In this document: piece after piece, positions 46,445 to 55,090 of the stretch
How the letters are laid out: each line of letters begins with the position of its first letter
Position numbering within the stretch: position 1 is the stretch's first letter
Assembly: GCA_965203905.1 (NCBI GenBank)
Contig: CBDBDQ010000003.1
Coordinates: 31,707-95,706 of the forward strand
Length of the DNA: 64,000 bases
Reading direction: 5' to 3'
From: Spirochaetia bacterium
GTDB taxonomy: Bacteria; Spirochaetota; Spirochaetia; SZUA-6; Bin103
Made by a program: the position numbers and the translations under genes
The notes under the pieces: generated by a model
The model's input: only the letters and a program-made list of their open reading frames with translations
What the model was told of the DNA's origin: nothing
Databases searched by the model: none

Positions 46445-47200
46445 ATGTTCGTGTCGCCGGAGCGCGGGCGCTGCTGGGCGGCGCTGACCCTGGTGGCGGA
46501 GAGGAACACCCCCGCGCCACCGCCTCCACACTTGCTCGCCGCGGTGGGCGCCGAGCTCGCCGACGATGCGCCCGGCGTGGCCGCCTTACGCGGCGTCCCG
46601 GTGCACCGCGCCGAGACGCTCGACGGCACCTACTTCGCCCACCGCGTGGCCGACGCGCACAAGCGCCGAGTGTGGCGCCGGCGGATACGCAACGCGCACC
46701 GGTACGACTGGGGTTATGACTGGCGTGAAGCGCAAGCCGAGGCGCATAGGCGATCCGGCGCCAAGGCCGGGAATATCGCCAGCCAGTGTGCTGCAGATGC
46801 GGACCGCCGCGACCTGGCGCCGCTCTACCGTGCTGATGCCGAGCACCACGCTGCCGAGGCCGAACGGCTGGAGCGCGACGTAGCGGCCGCGCGCGCCCAG
46901 CGCCTCCTAGTGCGCCGGCGGTGGCGGATCGCGGGCCGGATCGCGGGCCGGATCGCGGGCGGTTGCGGCGCTGTGCTGCTGGTGCTGACGTTCGTGTCGC
47001 GCTGGCATTTGGACCTGCGCCGCGTGGTCAGCACCCCGTTGTCCGGTTTCGTGGTAGTGGCGTTCCTGGTAGGTGTCTTCCTGGTATCGTTCGGCGCCGA
47101 GGAAGGCGACCGGCGGTTCATGCTGGGCGGTGCGCTGCTGGCCGTGGGCGCGGCGGCACTGTTCGGCGCTTGGTGGTGCTGGTGGTGGTGCGCTCGATGA
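46445..47200 (+). CDS. Membrane protein with an Arg-rich coiled region and an internal 12-bp x3 tandem repeat
   Basis: MFVSPERGRCWAALTLV... RIAGRIAGRIAG is encoded by CGGATCGCGGGC x3 (46925-46960). The C-terminal TM segments resemble those in 9590-9780. The ORF is open from 46388. Confidence 0.5.
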   Translation: MFVSPERGRCWAALTLVAERNTPAPPPPHLLAAVGAELADDAPGVAALRGVPVHRAETLDGTYFAHRVADAHKRRVWRRRIRNAHRYDWGYDWREAQAEAHRRSGAKAGNIASQCAADADRRDLAPLYRADAEHHAAEAERLERDVAAARAQRLLVRRRWRIAGRIAGRIAGGCGAVLLVLTFVSRWHLDLRRVVSTPLSGFVVVAFLVGVFLVSFGAEEGDRRFMLGGALLAVGAAALFGAWWCWWWCAR

Positions 47201-47249
47201 ACGACTCAGCCTACGCGGTAGCGCGCAGCGTCCGGTAAACGGGTGTTCT

Positions 47250-47291
47250 GCGAGGCTTGACGCCGCGCCAGTCGAGAATGGTTACGCCTGT
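47250..47291 (+). repeat. Junction repeat, module B copy 3, overlapping the 5' end of the next gene
   Basis: GAGGCTTGACGCCGCGCCAGTCGAGAATGGTTACGCCTGTGA aligns with 45925-45969. Confidence 0.6.
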
Positions 47292-47670
47292 GAGGGCTGA
47301 CCGGCCGGGCGGCACCGTGCCCGCACCCGAGTACATCGAGACGGCCGACTACTTCGCCAAGGCGCTTGAGCTGTGCGGCCCCGGTGCCTGGATCACAGTC
47401 CAGGGTGCCATCCAGGTCATGCTGCAAATCGGTTGGAACACCATCGTCAAGGAGAAGGAGAAGGCAGTCTACTCTGCGGTCTACAAGAGGATGCGGAAGA
47501 CCAGGCGTCATCCAGCGCTCGCGTTGCCGATCGACATGAGCCGCAGCCGCGACGGCCTCTGGTGTAACCGTCCGGCTCTCTCGCTGCCACTTCCGGGAAG
47601 GCAATTTCTGACTACATGCTTCGGCGTCAAGGGGATACCTTCGCCAAGCGTCGCACAACGGCCAGAGTGA
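47257..47670 (+). CDS. Small winged-helix (HARE-HTH-like) protein, third paralog
   Basis: ETADYFAKALELCGPGAWITVQGAIQVMLQIGWNTIVKEKEKAVYSAVYKRMRK...ALPIDMSRSRDGLW parallels 10541..11461 (ALPINWSRSRHGLF). The start (TTG 47257 or ATG 47275) lies inside repeat B3. Confidence 0.5.
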   Translation: MTPRQSRMVTPVRADRPGGTVPAPEYIETADYFAKALELCGPGAWITVQGAIQVMLQIGWNTIVKEKEKAVYSAVYKRMRKTRRHPALALPIDMSRSRDGLWCNRPALSLPLPGRQFLTTCFGVKGIPSPSVAQRPE

Positions 47671-48412
47671 TGCGCGCATCGCCAGCGGCGCTGTGTGCAT
47701 CAGAAGTCGGCACACCCCTGCACTCGGCGGCCTCTTCCAGATTCGACCATGCCGTGTCCCGGCCATGAGTGTCCGCCTCAGCTTGCATCGCACAGCGCCA
47801 GGGCACTGCCGGTAGTATCATCCCGTGGCGCGCGGCGGTCTGTTCCAGCATGCTCCGGTCAAACTCGGCGTTCCAAGCAATCACCGACGAGGCATTTTCC
47901 AACAGCCGCGCCAACTCGGCGTGTACTGCGGGCCATGGCCGTGCTCCCATAGCCCGCAGTCGTGCACGGGTCAACCCGTGCACATCGCTGGCATCGCGTG
48001 GGATCGGCCCTTGCGGCAGACTCACGGTATTGAGAAGCACACACCCCGTGGTGTCGATCACGGCCACCTCCAGCACTTCGCTACGCCGGCCCAATCCGGT
48101 AGTCTCCGTGTCGATTACAAACACATCTCTACGATCCAGCAGCTCCCCAAGTGTCTCGGCCTGCCAAGGTGCTCGCGCCTTGCGTGAGTCCTGCGAAGCA
48201 GCCCTGACCGGCTCCGGGTCAGGGGACGGCGCGGGGGTGGGTTTCGGGCTAGGTTCGGATGAATCCCAAGGGATCCCGCCTGATTTCCAAGGTGCCGTCG
48301 CCCGTTGTGCCGGAGTACTCGTAGGCTTCACCTGCCGCAAGGCAGACCGGGTGAGCCCATAGAGCAGTAGCACGAATCCACCCAGGATCAACACGCTAAG
48401 GACTATGCCCAT
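47627..48412 (-). CDS. Membrane-anchored DEDDh 3'-5' exonuclease (DnaQ/epsilon-like)
   Basis: N-terminal TM MGIVLSVLILGGFVLLLYGL, a Pro-rich linker, ExoI FVIDTETTGL, ExoII VIAWNAEFD, ExoIII HSAAGDARITLAVV. Confidence 0.8.
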   Translation of the reverse strand: MGIVLSVLILGGFVLLLYGLTRSALRQVKPTSTPAQRATAPWKSGGIPWDSSEPSPKPTPAPSPDPEPVRAASQDSRKARAPWQAETLGELLDRRDVFVIDTETTGLGRRSEVLEVAVIDTTGCVLLNTVSLPQGPIPRDASDVHGLTRARLRAMGARPWPAVHAELARLLENASSVIAWNAEFDRSMLEQTAARHGMILPAVPWRCAMQAEADTHGRDTAWSNLEEAAECRGVPTSDAHSAAGDARITLAVVRRLAKVSP

Positions 48413-48840
48413 CCAGCTATCTTACTACGAGTGCGCTCCGCCGAAGAGCTGCACGGAAAGCGACCCGCTCGGGTGAGGCGTTTCCGACACCTCGTCGCCG
48501 TTCATGGACTCGTTGCCCTTGCAGCCGTGAAGCCGTCCATCTATCTGCCAACGTCCGGTAACTGCCGTTCTGTCGCCTCTCCCGTGGACGGTCGCCAGTC
48601 GGCCGCGGTGCCGCCTTCGGTAGTCCGCTTCACCGGCGGCTACAACGCTATCTGCTCGTCGCGCTGGAAGCCGGTCCACCGGACGCTTCCCGTGCCGTGG
48701 CGATGCACGTTGGCCGTTGTCGTGTGCCCCAGCCAACGCTCACGCATCCGCGTTTGATTCGAGGGTGATAGTTGCGATACTACCGGCCAGCGACGAGGAC
48801 AACGCCAGCGTCCTCCTACATAGCGCCTAAGGGAGAGGTG

Positions 48841-49430
48841 ATGAGTGCTGGAACCATAGATGTTCGCCGGTCCGTGGGCCTGTTGGGCTTCGCGTTCCCT
48901 TTCGTGATGATGCTCGTAGGGATGTGGCGCTTCAGAGTGCCGATACCCTACGCACTCAGCTCTTACTACCACACGCCGCTGGCCCTGCTGTTCGCAGGAT
49001 TCATGGTCGCCATCGGCCTCGGACTAGTGGCGTAAAAAGGATACCCCGAGGCCCGTCACGAGGATTGGATCAGCAGTCTGGCGGGCGTCGCGGCGATCTG
49101 CGTAGGAATGTTTCCGCCGCGCGAACACAGTGACGACTCTTTTTCCGTACTCAACGGGATTCACGCCGTCAGCGCCGTGGTAACGATGGCGCTCATGTGT
49201 TACTTCACCTGCCAGTTTCAGCAGGGAAACGAGCGTGTGGGAAAGAAGCAAGCACGCAACAGAGTCTACAAAGTATGCTTGTGGATCATGGTTCGGGGGC
49301 TACTCGCATCAATTGTCCTCAGTTGGCAGCGCGAACACGCGGAGCGATGGGTTGCTTGTGCGGTGACCATCTCCGAGGTGCTTACGATTTTGCCCTTCGC
49401 CTTGGTAATAATATCGTTGATTGAGTGGAT
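48841..49430 (+). pseudogene. Integral membrane protein split by an in-frame TAA (49033-49035) and lacking a natural 3' end
   Basis: ORFs 48772..49035 and 49108..50034 share one frame. GLGLVA*KGYPEARHEDWISSLAGVAAICVGMFPP reads through a single stop. Hydrophobic character ends near 49430, where G+C rises and the frame becomes antisense to other ORFs. Confidence 0.5.
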
Positions 49431-49580
49431 CGCATGGTCACCCATGCCGGCGTATAGGTATGCAGGGGCCTACGGAGCCAGCTCGGCGACCAGGTCGCGT
49501 GCCCGCCGGACATCGCCCCGCGCCCTGGCCTCCCCGATACAGCAGGTCGACCAACTCGTCGAACGTCGGCCAGTCGGGTG

Positions 49581-50000
49581 TCAGAGAGGTTCCGGCGTCT
49601 GGGTCCAGTTCGACAGGACCACGCGGATCAACAGGTTCAGCAGCATCGGAAGCAGCAATTTCCAAATGAAGGCACCGAGGATCGACAACCCAACAACCCC
49701 AAAAATACGGCCTATCACTATCTCGACTATGCTGATGCGGTCTTCTATGGTGAGAGGCTTACCGTCGCCGGGGTCGTTTGTCGGCAGGGCAGCCTCCATG
49801 ATGCGCTTGCGGCGCCTACGGCGGTCTGCCCATATCACGGTGCCAACCGCAAGCATGCCTACCGCCGCCACAGCCTGCACCCACTCGGCCGCATGGAGTG
49901 GCGGTCCCGACACCGAAGTTTTCGGCTGGGATTCGTCCGCGGCCATCCCTACCGTGGCGACCAGTACCGCCAGTGCTGCCACGACCATGGAACGTCTCAT
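49581..50000 (-). CDS. Hypothetical membrane protein with a signal peptide
   Basis: MRRSMVVAALAVLVATVGMAAD... Two further TM segments. RRRRRKR loop. Confidence 0.45.
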   Translation of the reverse strand: MRRSMVVAALAVLVATVGMAADESQPKTSVSGPPLHAAEWVQAVAAVGMLAVGTVIWADRRRRRKRIMEAALPTNDPGDGKPLTIEDRISIVEIVIGRIFGVVGLSILGAFIWKLLLPMLLNLLIRVVLSNWTQTPEPL

Positions 50001-50373
50001 CGTTCCCTCCTTCCGCCCCGTGGCGGCCAGTTGAAACAAGTTGCCGTTGACAGGGGTGCGACGGAACTGCGAGGCTCCACCTATTATGGCTGAGAGAACC
50101 GATCGTCCTCGACCGCCCTACGAATTGTCGCGACGAGCATCCGAAGGTCTCCTTCGTATGAGAGAGTCCCGGACGTTGTGCTAACGATTGACACGCGTCG
50201 TCTAAGAGACGCAGTAAACCATCTGGCGTCCTTTCCTCCACCGGCAACTCCCCGACCGACCTGATCATCCATACTACGGCCGCCACGAAGTCGGATGCTG
50301 CCTCCGGGCTGGGCCGCAATTCCAAACCTCACCCCTGCACAAATGCTATCATTTTTCGAACGTCGGTGTCAAT

Positions 50374-51027
50374 TCACTGCCCGAACGTCACCTCGACGCC
50401 CCGCGCCTTGCTGCGGGCTTCCAGCACCCTGACTTCTCCCCGGTAGAGCCGGACGGTCGGGAAGGGAACGTCGCTCAGCGTGCTCCAGAGCTTCACCATG
50501 TCGGTCGCGGTCTGTCTTGCCTGTAGGCGATCCGCCAGCAACTCCCGTGCGTGCGACTCCCTCACCCAGAGGTTCAGCAGCGCGCCGTCCGCGCCCAGCC
50601 CCTCGAAGAAGCCGGCCTCGAACGCGCCGCAGAACAACAGCGCGGCCGTCAGGTTGGCTTGGCCGCGTGCGAGGATCAGCCTACAGCTTTCATCCTCCTG
50701 CTCGATCAGTTCAGAGGGTGAGGTCGTTCCAGTGGGTGGCGGGGCCGGCGTCTCAGCCGGCTTGGGCTCGGCCTTCGGTTCACCGACCGGCTCCGGCTCC
50801 GACGCAGCTTTCTGCTCTGGATCGGGGTCCTGATCGGCGGCGACCTCCTGTGGTGCGCTCGCTACCTCGGTTTCTTCTTCCTCCGGATCGTCCGTCGTCA
50901 CCACGATGACGGCGATCAGCACAAGGACCGTCCACAACCCTCCCACCGTGACCATCAGGGTGGTCCGTAGCCGCGACGGCTTCTTCGGTTTGTTCCCTTT
51001 GAGTGCCGGCGCTTCGTTGTCGCCCAT
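50374..51027 (-). CDS. Hypothetical membrane-anchored protein with a Pro/Glu-rich linker
   Basis: TM TTLMVTVGGLWTVLVLIAVIVV, linker EPEPVGEPKAEPKPAETPAPPP, globular C-terminal ~110 aa. Confidence 0.45.
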   Translation of the reverse strand: MGDNEAPALKGNKPKKPSRLRTTLMVTVGGLWTVLVLIAVIVVTTDDPEEEETEVASAPQEVAADQDPDPEQKAASEPEPVGEPKAEPKPAETPAPPPTGTTSPSELIEQEDESCRLILARGQANLTAALLFCGAFEAGFFEGLGADGALLNLWVRESHARELLADRLQARQTATDMVKLWSTLSDVPFPTVRLYRGEVRVLEARSKARGVEVTFGQ

Positions 51028-51110
51028 GCGAACCTCCGGTTGGGCGACGGGAGCGAAGCAGAGGGATGCGAAGCAGAGCAGGAGAAGCAAGGCGGTCGAC
51101 GCCCGTGGGT

Positions 51111-51371
51111 CTGGAGCACAACTTCGGCCACGGCCACCAGCATCTGTCAGAGGCGTTGTTCGTGCTCAATTTGCTCGCTTTCTTCATGCACCAGATTTTT
51201 GAACTGGTGGATGGCCTGTATCAGCGCGTGCGCACCTTCTTCAGTTCCCGGCGCGCGTTCTGGGACGAGGTGCGCTCCGCCTTCCGGCTGTTTCTGTTCA
51301 GCTCCTGGGACCAGGTGCTCGTGCGCATGAACTTGCCCCCGCAGCCGTTGCCCCCGTATCAGGACCGCTAG
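51111..51371 (+). pseudogene. C-terminal remnant of a DDE transposase (ISKra4/ISNCY-like as I recall the motif)
   Basis: LEHNFGHGHQHLSEALFVLNLLAFFMHQIFELVDGLYQRVRTFFSSRRAFWDEVRSAFRLFLFSSWDQV. No upstream catalytic domain is present. Confidence 0.55.
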
Positions 51372-51812
51372 TGGCTGCCCGCTCCGAGTTGTGCCGCGGC
51401 GGCCACTCGACTTCCCGCGTACCGACAACGATGCAACGCACCTGCGCGGGGATCGGTATGCGCCATGCCGCGCCCACAACGGGTCGCTCAACCGAGCCGA
51501 CCCGGAATCCGCTCGTTCGACGCCCGCTGGCTCGTTCTGTCGAAGTGCCCTCGCCACCACTTGGCCGTGTCGGCCCCCAGACTTTCTTTCCAGGCCGCCA
51601 ACTGCCCCTCACCGAGAACTGCTGGGGACGATCCTGAAGGGTTGACGGCCGGCTGCCGCTATGGGCATTGATTGCGTTGACCGCTCGGTCCAGAGAGGCC
51701 GTTGCCAAGAGGGGACAACCATGGCACTACGCAAAGGCCATCTACTCACGATGGCGTACGACCACGACGCTACGCGGTACCGCTATCCAGAGGACGTGGC
51801 CGATCTCCGGCC

Positions 51813-52079
51813 ATGAAGGGGATCTACATGATCCTTGACGGCGAGGACAGCTGCATCTATGTCGGCAAGGCCGACGGCGAGACGATCCGTTCGCGACTAC
51901 AGAGTGATGTGCGAGGGGATGACGAGAAGAACACCCGCTGCATCAACGGCTACTCTCCAGCGAAGTTCATCTTCGTGACGGAAGACCAGATCACGAACGC
52001 GACGATCGCCGATCTCGAATCCCTTTTCATCCAAGACTATTGGAGTGATGGCCAAGCCCGCTGTAATGACAGACGGTAG
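51813..52079 (+). CDS. Small GIY-YIG-like nuclease domain protein
   Basis: MKGIYMILDGEDSCIYVGKADGETIRSRL (GIY...YVG...R pattern), 88 aa. Confidence 0.45.
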   Translation: MKGIYMILDGEDSCIYVGKADGETIRSRLQSDVRGDDEKNTRCINGYSPAKFIFVTEDQITNATIADLESLFIQDYWSDGQARCNDRR

Positions 52080-52087
52080 TCGCCTCT

Positions 52088-52366
52088 CTACCACCTATCT
52101 CGCTGCGACATCGCTCTCCCGACGTGCAGGGCTTGCGGCGGCTTCTCCTTGTTACGGACATCTCGGAGTCGATTGAGTTCCCGAATGGCTGCAGCAGCGT
52201 GTTGATATGCTAAGCGGGCAACCAATTCCGGCTCGGTGACCGACCCGTTGGCAAGCAGGCCCTGGATGGCTGCTGCTACAAAGAGCTGGCCATCATCCTT
52301 AGACGGGACGATCTCATCCGCTACTTCGATGTCGAGGTTCTCCATTGCGGTGTTGAGGTTCTCCAT
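52088..52366 (-). CDS. Hypothetical small protein
   Basis: 92-aa ORF, convergent with the GIY-YIG gene. Confidence 0.4.
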   Translation of the reverse strand: MENLNTAMENLDIEVADEIVPSKDDGQLFVAAAIQGLLANGSVTEPELVARLAYQHAAAAIRELNRLRDVRNKEKPPQALHVGRAMSQRDRW

Positions 52367-52405
52367 GCTACCACCTCCCGTGATCAGACCTGAGGGCCGC
52401 CATGG

Positions 52406-52690
52406 TCAACCCGCGTGCTCGGCTGGCGGCATGCCGAAGTGCTGTTCGATGTCGCGACGCAGGTCGCTGACGCGATCGTCAACGTCGTCGATCTTGCGCC
52501 CCAGAAGGCTGAACTTGTGATCCATCCGCTTCTCGAAGGCGGTCATCCGTCGTTCGACTGCCTCAATCCGGCTATCCATCGCGTCCAGCCGGGCTTCCAT
52601 CGTGTCCAGCCGGGCTGCAATGGGTTCCAGCGCGGTCGTGATCGCGTCTTGGATGATGGTCTGGAGTTCGTGCCGCTCGGTCTCTGTCAA
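52406..52690 (-). CDS. Small coiled-coil protein
   Basis: From TTG 52690: TETERHELQTIIQDAITTALEPIAARLDTMEARLDAMDSRIEAVERRMTAFEKRMD... The longer ORF to 52969 looks non-coding. Confidence 0.4.
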   Translation of the reverse strand: MTETERHELQTIIQDAITTALEPIAARLDTMEARLDAMDSRIEAVERRMTAFEKRMDHKFSLLGRKIDDVDDRVSDLRRDIEQHFGMPPAEHAG

Positions 52691-52969
52691 ACCTGCATGA
52701 TCGGCGCACCACTCACCCCGACGACATGAAACGCGGACGACGTGTCGGCCCGGAGTCTCAAGCGTTTCGGTGCGGAGGCGTGTCGTGGCATCCTCAAGGG
52801 GCGGAAGCGGGCACAGTCGTCGTAGCTCTTTTCGGTGGCGGGAGACGACTCCCTTCCCCGTTGTCAAACTGACGCTGCGCGCTGGGCATCGAGCCCCGAA
52901 CCGTACCCGGCCTGTGGCCGTGGACGAGCAGCAAATCGAACCCCGCTTGGCGGCGGGTGTTTCCTGCAC

Positions 52970-54440
52970 CCGGCGTGCTCGCCCGCTTCCGCCGTCAAGG
53001 AGGGTAGCTGATGAGTTACACCACTGTCGACAGCGACAGCAACACCTTGTGCACCGATGACATGCACGTGGTGTGTGCCCGCGCTGCCGGCCTCGACGTG
53101 CACAAGATGCACGTCACCGCCACGGTGCGGCTGTGCGAGGCCGGTAGCGGACCGGCGCGCACGGCTACGCGGGAGTTCAGCGCGCTGCCGGACGGCCTGC
53201 GCGCCATGACCGAGTGGCTGTGCGGACACGGCGTCACGGCAGCGGCCATGGAAGGCACCGGGGTCTACTGGAAGGCGCCGTTCGAGGCGCTCGAAGACGC
53301 GGGCATCCAGGCCGATCTGCACCATGCGCAGCAGGTCAAGCAGATCCGCGGGAAGAAGACGGATGTCAACGACAGCCTGTGGCTGGCGCGTATCTGCCAG
53401 TTTGGTCTGGCGTTGCCGAGCTACGTTCCGCCGCGTCTGTTCCGGCAGCTGCGGCAGTTGACCCGCTACCGCCGCAAACTGGTCGACGAGCGCAGCCGGG
53501 CGCGCAACCGGGTCCACAAGACTCTTGACCACGACGGCTTGCGGCTCGGCGGCGTGTTGAGCGACATCTTCGGCGTCAACGGGCGGCGCATCCTCGACGG
53601 GTTGGTTGCCGGGCACTCGCCGCGTTACATCCTGGCCAATCTGACGCACCACGTGGCCGCCAAGCTGGCGCCGCTGACCCAGGCACTGGCCGCCACGCTC
53701 GACCCGCTCGCGCTGTTCGCGCTGGGCATGCAGATGGAGGCCGTCGACCGCGCCGACACCGCCCTGGTGGCGCTGGACAAGCGCATCCGGACCGTACTGG
53801 CCGATTACCAACGCTCGCTACGGCTGCTGCAAACGATTCCGGGTATCGATTACGGCAGTGCCTGCACCATCCTGGCCGAGATCGGGCCGGACCTGGGGGC
53901 GTTCCGCAAAGCGTGTTCTATCGGCCCCTGGGCCGGCGTGGCCCCGGGGAACAACAACAGCGCCGGCAAACGTCGCTCCGGGCGCGCGCGGAAAGGGAAT
54001 CCGACGCTGCGTGCCACGCTGGCCGAGTGCGCCCACGGGGCGGTGCGGACCAAGAGTTCGCAGTTCTACGGCCATCACCGGATGTTGGCCGGGCGCATCG
54101 GCTACAAAAAGGCCATCCTCGCCAGTGCCCACAAGCTGTTGCGAGTAATCCACGCCGTACTGCGTGATGATCGGCCGTACACCGATCCGGACATCGACTA
54201 CGAAAAGCTCGTCGTCGAGCGCAACGCGCCGCGCTGGCTGCGCATGCTCACCCGGCACGGCTTTCTCGCCGAAGTGCAAGCAGCAGCGCGCGGCTGAAAC
54301 GAACGGTTCCGTATCACGCGGCGCCGTGACGGGCCATAGAACGGGGCTGCCCGCACCGCCGAGCCGATCTGGAACCTCACCTGCTCGTGCCCAAGGGCCG
54401 CCAACCCGCGGTCACGCTTCCGTGCGCCCAAAGCACCGGC
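52970..54440 (+). mobile_element. IS110-family insertion sequence (ends not determined)
   Basis: An intact IS110-type transposase gene with non-coding flanks. The family typically lacks terminal inverted repeats, so the boundaries here are only approximate. Confidence 0.4.
53011..54297 (+). CDS. IS110-family (DEDD/RuvC-like) transposase
   Basis: AAGLDVHKMHVTATV (DEDD N-terminus), GTGVYWKAPFEAL, IPGIDYGSACTILAEIGPDLGAFRKA...LGPWAGVAPGNNNSAGKRRSGRARKGNPTLRATLAECAHGA. ATG 53059 is an alternative start. Confidence 0.9.
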   Translation: MSYTTVDSDSNTLCTDDMHVVCARAAGLDVHKMHVTATVRLCEAGSGPARTATREFSALPDGLRAMTEWLCGHGVTAAAMEGTGVYWKAPFEALEDAGIQADLHHAQQVKQIRGKKTDVNDSLWLARICQFGLALPSYVPPRLFRQLRQLTRYRRKLVDERSRARNRVHKTLDHDGLRLGGVLSDIFGVNGRRILDGLVAGHSPRYILANLTHHVAAKLAPLTQALAATLDPLALFALGMQMEAVDRADTALVALDKRIRTVLADYQRSLRLLQTIPGIDYGSACTILAEIGPDLGAFRKACSIGPWAGVAPGNNNSAGKRRSGRARKGNPTLRATLAECAHGAVRTKSSQFYGHHRMLAGRIGYKKAILASAHKLLRVIHAVLRDDRPYTDPDIDYEKLVVERNAPRWLRMLTRHGFLAEVQAAARG

Positions 54441-54453
54441 GCGTTTCACAGCA

Positions 54454-54924
54454 TCAGAGTGCCCAAGGGTGTGGAATGAACTTCGTCTCGGTCATGAGAC
54501 GGCGCTCCGCGGCCGTCAGCAGTACCTCTTTGCGGTCCAGCTCCTTCCGCAGCCATTCCTTCTCCGCGCGCAGCTCCGCATTCTCGATGGTGAGGGTTGC
54601 GTCACGATCGCGCAGCTCGGCGTTCTCAGCGCGTAGACGGGCAGCTTCGCGTGCATCTGACTGAATAGCACGCTGCATCTCTTCGCGGTGAGCCGGGTGC
54701 ATCCCAGCCGCCCCGCCCAGGATCGCATTTTGAGTGAGCAACATCCCGGATACTCCCAGCACAGCTTGCCTCTTGGCCATCTCTCCAGCCATGTTACCCA
54801 GCACAGCTTGCCTCTTAGCCATCTCTCCAGCCATGTTACCTATCACAGCTCGCCGCTCTGCCATCTCTCCAGCCATGTTACCTATCACGTAGCTGAACAA
54901 CCCTCCGCGTACCGAATCACTCAT
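54454..54924 (-). CDS. Repeat-containing coiled-coil protein
   Basis: 156 aa. VIGNMAGEMAERRA / VIGNMAGEMAKRQA / VLGNMAGEMAKRQA tandem units, then a REAARLRAENAELRDRDATLTIENAELRAEKEWLRKEL coiled coil. Confidence 0.5.
   Translation of the reverse strand: MSDSVRGGLFSYVIGNMAGEMAERRAVIGNMAGEMAKRQAVLGNMAGEMAKRQAVLGVSGMLLTQNAILGGAAGMHPAHREEMQRAIQSDAREAARLRAENAELRDRDATLTIENAELRAEKEWLRKELDRKEVLLTAAERRLMTETKFIPHPWAL
54757..54889. repeat. 42-bp tandem repeat, about 3.2 copies, inside the CDS 54454..54924
   Basis: CAGCACAGCTTGCCTCTTGGCCATCTCTCCAGCCATGTTACC and two variants in direct tandem. Confidence 0.85.
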
Positions 54925-55067
54925 CTTTTCTGGGTTGGCGGTCGCTTCTTCGCGGACCGTCGCGCCTCGTAGTCCTGGCGGGTCTGGCGGTTGATCTCCT
55001 TGACTTCCTCGGGCGGCAGCGACAGCGCCGCCTTGATCGCCAGGTTGAACCGTTCAGCGTTGGTCAT
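54921..55067 (-). CDS. Small basic protein (48 aa), translationally coupled to 54454..54924
   Basis: MTNAERFNLAIKAALSLPPEEVKEINRQTRQDYEARRSAKKRPPTQKR. ATGA start/stop overlap. Confidence 0.35.
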   Translation of the reverse strand: MTNAERFNLAIKAALSLPPEEVKEINRQTRQDYEARRSAKKRPPTQKR

Positions 55068-55090
55068 TGGTCACTCCGTTATCGCTCATA

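Noticed and set aside
45796-46629. Minus-strand 277-aa ORF across the A4+B2 repeat
   Set aside because: Low-complexity Arg/Ser/Pro translation. It spans a repeat shared with non-coding copies elsewhere and overlaps better plus-strand coding signal.
38146-47291. Interpreting the A/B/C repeats as integron attC sites
   Set aside because: No IntI-type integrase with its characteristic insertion is present. No R''-L''...L'-R' inverted-repeat structure or GTTRRRY cores are visible. The bracketed genes carry their own promoter-like sequences.
49108-50034. The 308-aa ORF as an intact protein
   Set aside because: Only the first ~105 aa are hydrophobic and membrane-protein-like. The remainder is a high-G+C antisense shadow of minus-strand ORFs. 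The frame also continues from an upstream ORF through a TAA stop.
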